Source: an uncultured Acidobacteriota bacterium (lineage in GTDB: Bacteria; Acidobacteriota; Thermoanaerobaculia; Multivoradales; SZUA-115). From it: DNA of 64,000 nucleotides. This document shows positions 18,263 to 64,000 of the stretch, piece by piece. Below the pieces are notes generated by a model. The model was not told the origin of the DNA. It saw only the letters and a program-made list of their open reading frames with translations, and did no database searches. The position numbers and the translations under genes are program-made. The stretch covers positions 160,001 to 224,000 of the forward strand of contig CAWDVR010000005.1 of the NCBI GenBank assembly GCA_963805975.1, given 5' to 3'. Every line of letters begins with the position of its first letter. Positions within the stretch are counted from its first letter, which is position 1.

Positions 18263-19504
18263 ATGAGGCACTTCGCCTTCGTCGAGAGCAACACCACCGG
18301 CACCGGCCGCCGGGCCGTGGAGCGCCTGCTGGCCGAGGGCGAGCGGGTGAGCTTCCTCACCCGGAGCCGCGGCAAGTACCCGTTCCTCGCGGTACCCCAG
18401 CCCGGCCTCGCGGTCCACGACGTGGAGACCAACAGCGCCCCCGAGGTGACGCGGGCGCTCCAGAACCTCGCCGGCCGCGAGCGGCTGGACGCCGTCGTCA
18501 CCTTCTCGGACTTCTACGTCGACATCGTGGCCGAAGCTGCGCGCCGCCTCGGCTTCCCCGGCCTGGACCCGGCCGCCGCCGCCACCTGCCGGAGCAAGCA
18601 CAAGACCCGGCTGGCGCTCGCCAGGGCCGGCCTGCCGACGCCGGTGGTGCGCCTCGTGGCGAGCGAGGAGGAGGCGCGCCGCGCCGCGGCGGAGATCGGC
18701 TTCCCGGCGGTGGTCAAGCCGATCGCCGACAGCTCGAGCACCGGCGTGAAACGGGTGGAGAGCGAAGACGAGCTCGTGGCCCAGTTCCGCCTGCTCGCCG
18801 GCTGGCAGGAGAACGTGCGCGGCCAGAAGCTCGACGGCAGCGTGCTCGTCGAGAGCTACCTCCAAGGCGACGAGCACAGCGTCGAGACCTTCACCCTGCC
18901 GGCCGGCGAGACGCGCGTCGTGGGGGTGACCGACAAGCACCTGTCGCCGCCGCCGAACTTCGTCGAGACCGGGCACGACTTCCCTTCCGGCGCCGCTCCC
19001 TCCCGCCGCGCCGCGCTCGAAGACGCGGCCCGGGCCGCCCTCGCCGCCGTGGGCTTCGACTTCGGTCCCGCGCACACCGAGATCCGCTTCACCGAGCGCG
19101 GCCCGGTGGTGGTGGAGATCAACGCCCGCCTGGCGGGCGGCATGATCCCCGAGCTGGTGGCGCTCGCGACCGGCATCGACCTGTCGCGCGCCTGGCTCGA
19201 CGCCGCAGCGGGTGGCCGTCCGGCGCTCGAGCCCTCGCGGGCCGGCTGCGCCTCGATCCGCTTCCTGATATCGCCCGCCGCCGGCCGCCTCGCGCGGGTG
19301 GAGGGCGAGGAGGAGGCGCGCGCCGTGCCCGGCGTCACGGAGGTGCTGGTCACCGCCCGGCCGGGCGCCCTGCTGGCGCCGGCGGTGGACGCCTACGGCC
19401 GGCTCGGCCACGCCATCGCCGCCGGCGCCAGCCGCGAGGCGGTCGCCGCCGCTGCCGAGACCGGCACGCGCGCCATCCGTTTCGTCCTGGAGCCCGCCCT
19501 GTAA
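18263..19504 (+). CDS. ATP-grasp amino-acid ligase
   Basis: MRHFAFVESNTTGTG, CRSK..TR, VVKP...SS.GV, VESYL.G.E.SVE, HTEIR and EINARLAGG motifs. Confidence 0.9.
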   Translation: MRHFAFVESNTTGTGRRAVERLLAEGERVSFLTRSRGKYPFLAVPQPGLAVHDVETNSAPEVTRALQNLAGRERLDAVVTFSDFYVDIVAEAARRLGFPGLDPAAAATCRSKHKTRLALARAGLPTPVVRLVASEEEARRAAAEIGFPAVVKPIADSSSTGVKRVESEDELVAQFRLLAGWQENVRGQKLDGSVLVESYLQGDEHSVETFTLPAGETRVVGVTDKHLSPPPNFVETGHDFPSGAAPSRRAALEDAARAALAAVGFDFGPAHTEIRFTERGPVVVEINARLAGGMIPELVALATGIDLSRAWLDAAAGGRPALEPSRAGCASIRFLISPAAGRLARVEGEEEARAVPGVTEVLVTARPGALLAPAVDAYGRLGHAIAAGASREAVAAAAETGTRAIRFVLEPAL

Positions 19505-19559
19505 GTCACGCCAGGGCCCCTCAAGTCACGCAAGGCCAAGGCCACCGCACTACTGCAAC

Positions 19560-20828
19560 GTGCAAACGGAGAGCGACGCCAAGCAGTGGGTCCTGATCGT
19601 GCCCGACGGTGCGGCCGACCTCGACCGCACCGGGGGCCGCTCGCCGCTGGTCGAGGCCCGCACGCCCTATCTCGACTTCGTGGCGCGCGAGGGGCGCTCG
19701 GGCCTGATGCGCACGCTCTACCCCGACCTGCCGCAGGGGAGCATCGTCGCTCTCCTCGGCATGCTGGGCTGGGAGCCGCACCGCTGGCACCCGGACGGCC
19801 GCGCCTCCTGCGAGCTCCTGGCGCTCGACGGCGTCACCCTCGCTCCCGGCGACCTGGCGTTTCGCGCCAACCTCGTCCGCATGGAGGGCGCGCGCCTCGC
19901 GAGCTACAACGCGGGCTACATCGAGAGCGAGCACGCCCGCCTGCTGCTCGAGCGGGTCCGCCGCGCCACCGGAGCCGAGTTCTCCGACTTCGAGCTGTTC
20001 CACAACTCCGACTTCAGGAACTGCCTGGTGGTGCGGCGCGCCGGCGTCGATCCCAAGGACCTCGCCTGCCCCGAGCCGCACGAGCGCCAGGGCGAGGAGT
20101 TCGACCTCGCCCACCTGATCGCCGGCAGCAGTCCCGCCAGCCGCGCCCTCGCCCGGCGCCTCAACGCCTATCTCGCGGCGGTCGCCCGCGTGCTGGCCGG
20201 CGAGCAGGCCAACATGCTCTTCCCGTGGAGCGCCTCGCGGCACTTCTCGCTGCCGGCCTTCCGCGAGGTCTCCGGCGTCGAAGGCCCCACCGCCATCGTC
20301 GGCGCCATGGACTTTCTCCAGGGTATCGCCAAGGCCGGCGGCATCGACTTCCACAAGATCGGCAACGGCCGCCCGCGGACAGACTACGCCGGCAAGGGCG
20401 ACAAGGTGCTGGAGCTCTTGGCGAGCGGCCACCAGCTCGTGGTCTGCCACGTCAACGGCCCGGACGAGGCCTCCCACGAGGGCGACCGCGAGCTCAAGAT
20501 CTCCTGCATCGAGGAGATCGACACCCACATCGTGGGGCCGGTGGTGGAGCATTTCCTGGCCCGCCCGCACGAGCTGGGCGGAGTGATGGTGGTGCCGGAC
20601 CATTTCACCAACTGGGCCGTGGCCCACGGCGAGGGCAGCCAGCGCGCCCAGGCGCACTCGATCGATCCCAGCCCCTTCGCGGTGTGGGACGGCATCCATC
20701 GCGACACCGTCTCGTACTTCGGCGAAGACGCCGCCGCCGGCGGCGCCTTCGGCCCGGAGCCCGTGAGCCACCTGGACCTGCTCCAAGTGCTGGGCGTGGC
20801 GCGGCGGGTGGCGGTGGCGGTCGGCTGA
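19560..20828 (+). CDS. ApgM-type cofactor-independent phosphoglycerate mutase / phosphotransferase (alkaline phosphatase superfamily)
   Basis: IVPDGAAD, TP.LD, PQGS (phospho-Ser), GRA..E, AFRANL, PDEASH, PDH and HS.DP.P motifs. Confidence 0.85.
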   Translation: MQTESDAKQWVLIVPDGAADLDRTGGRSPLVEARTPYLDFVAREGRSGLMRTLYPDLPQGSIVALLGMLGWEPHRWHPDGRASCELLALDGVTLAPGDLAFRANLVRMEGARLASYNAGYIESEHARLLLERVRRATGAEFSDFELFHNSDFRNCLVVRRAGVDPKDLACPEPHERQGEEFDLAHLIAGSSPASRALARRLNAYLAAVARVLAGEQANMLFPWSASRHFSLPAFREVSGVEGPTAIVGAMDFLQGIAKAGGIDFHKIGNGRPRTDYAGKGDKVLELLASGHQLVVCHVNGPDEASHEGDRELKISCIEEIDTHIVGPVVEHFLARPHELGGVMVVPDHFTNWAVAHGEGSQRAQAHSIDPSPFAVWDGIHRDTVSYFGEDAAAGGAFGPEPVSHLDLLQVLGVARRVAVAVG

Positions 20829-20848
20829 GCTACGCGGCGCCCTCCGAA

Positions 20849-64000
<43,152 letters not shown>

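Noticed and set aside
17099-19504. 801-aa ORF as a natural cysteine synthase/ATP-grasp fusion
   Set aside because: The middle is out-of-frame Arg/Pro-rich text caused by an indel near 17640. The PLP enzyme ends at 18224 and the ligase starts at 18263.

Overview
Very GC-rich bacterial DNA whose gene style suggests Acidobacteriota/Thermoanaerobaculia (inference only). Many single-base indels suggest a long-read assembly. 1-6.2 kb holds housekeeping genes: a phosphotransferase, murI, an amidase-GerMN ORF, VOC, HAD and FAH. 6.2-11.2 kb is a cobalamin-riboswitch-controlled btuB-F-D-C uptake operon. 11.8-64 kb is the 3' end of a large NRPS cluster. It has a secreted MBL-fold/oligopeptidase-B fusion and a divergent 4-gene operon (argininosuccinate-lyase-like, PLP cysteine-synthase-like, ATP-grasp, ApgM-like) that looks like a 2,3-diamino-acid supply pathway lacking the usual kinase. 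It also has what appears to be one NRPS gene of more than 43 kb on the minus strand, with 13 C-A-T modules plus TE. The predicted product is Ser-X-Ser-Gly-X-Dab/Dap-Ala-Ala/Gly-Asp-Val/Ile/Leu-Asp-Ala-X. The most unusual signal is three unrelated families of palindromic REP/RPE-like elements inserted in frame into A-domain loops. They differ between duplicated A domains, and one appears to have been excised in frame. The module duplications break at the C-A linker.
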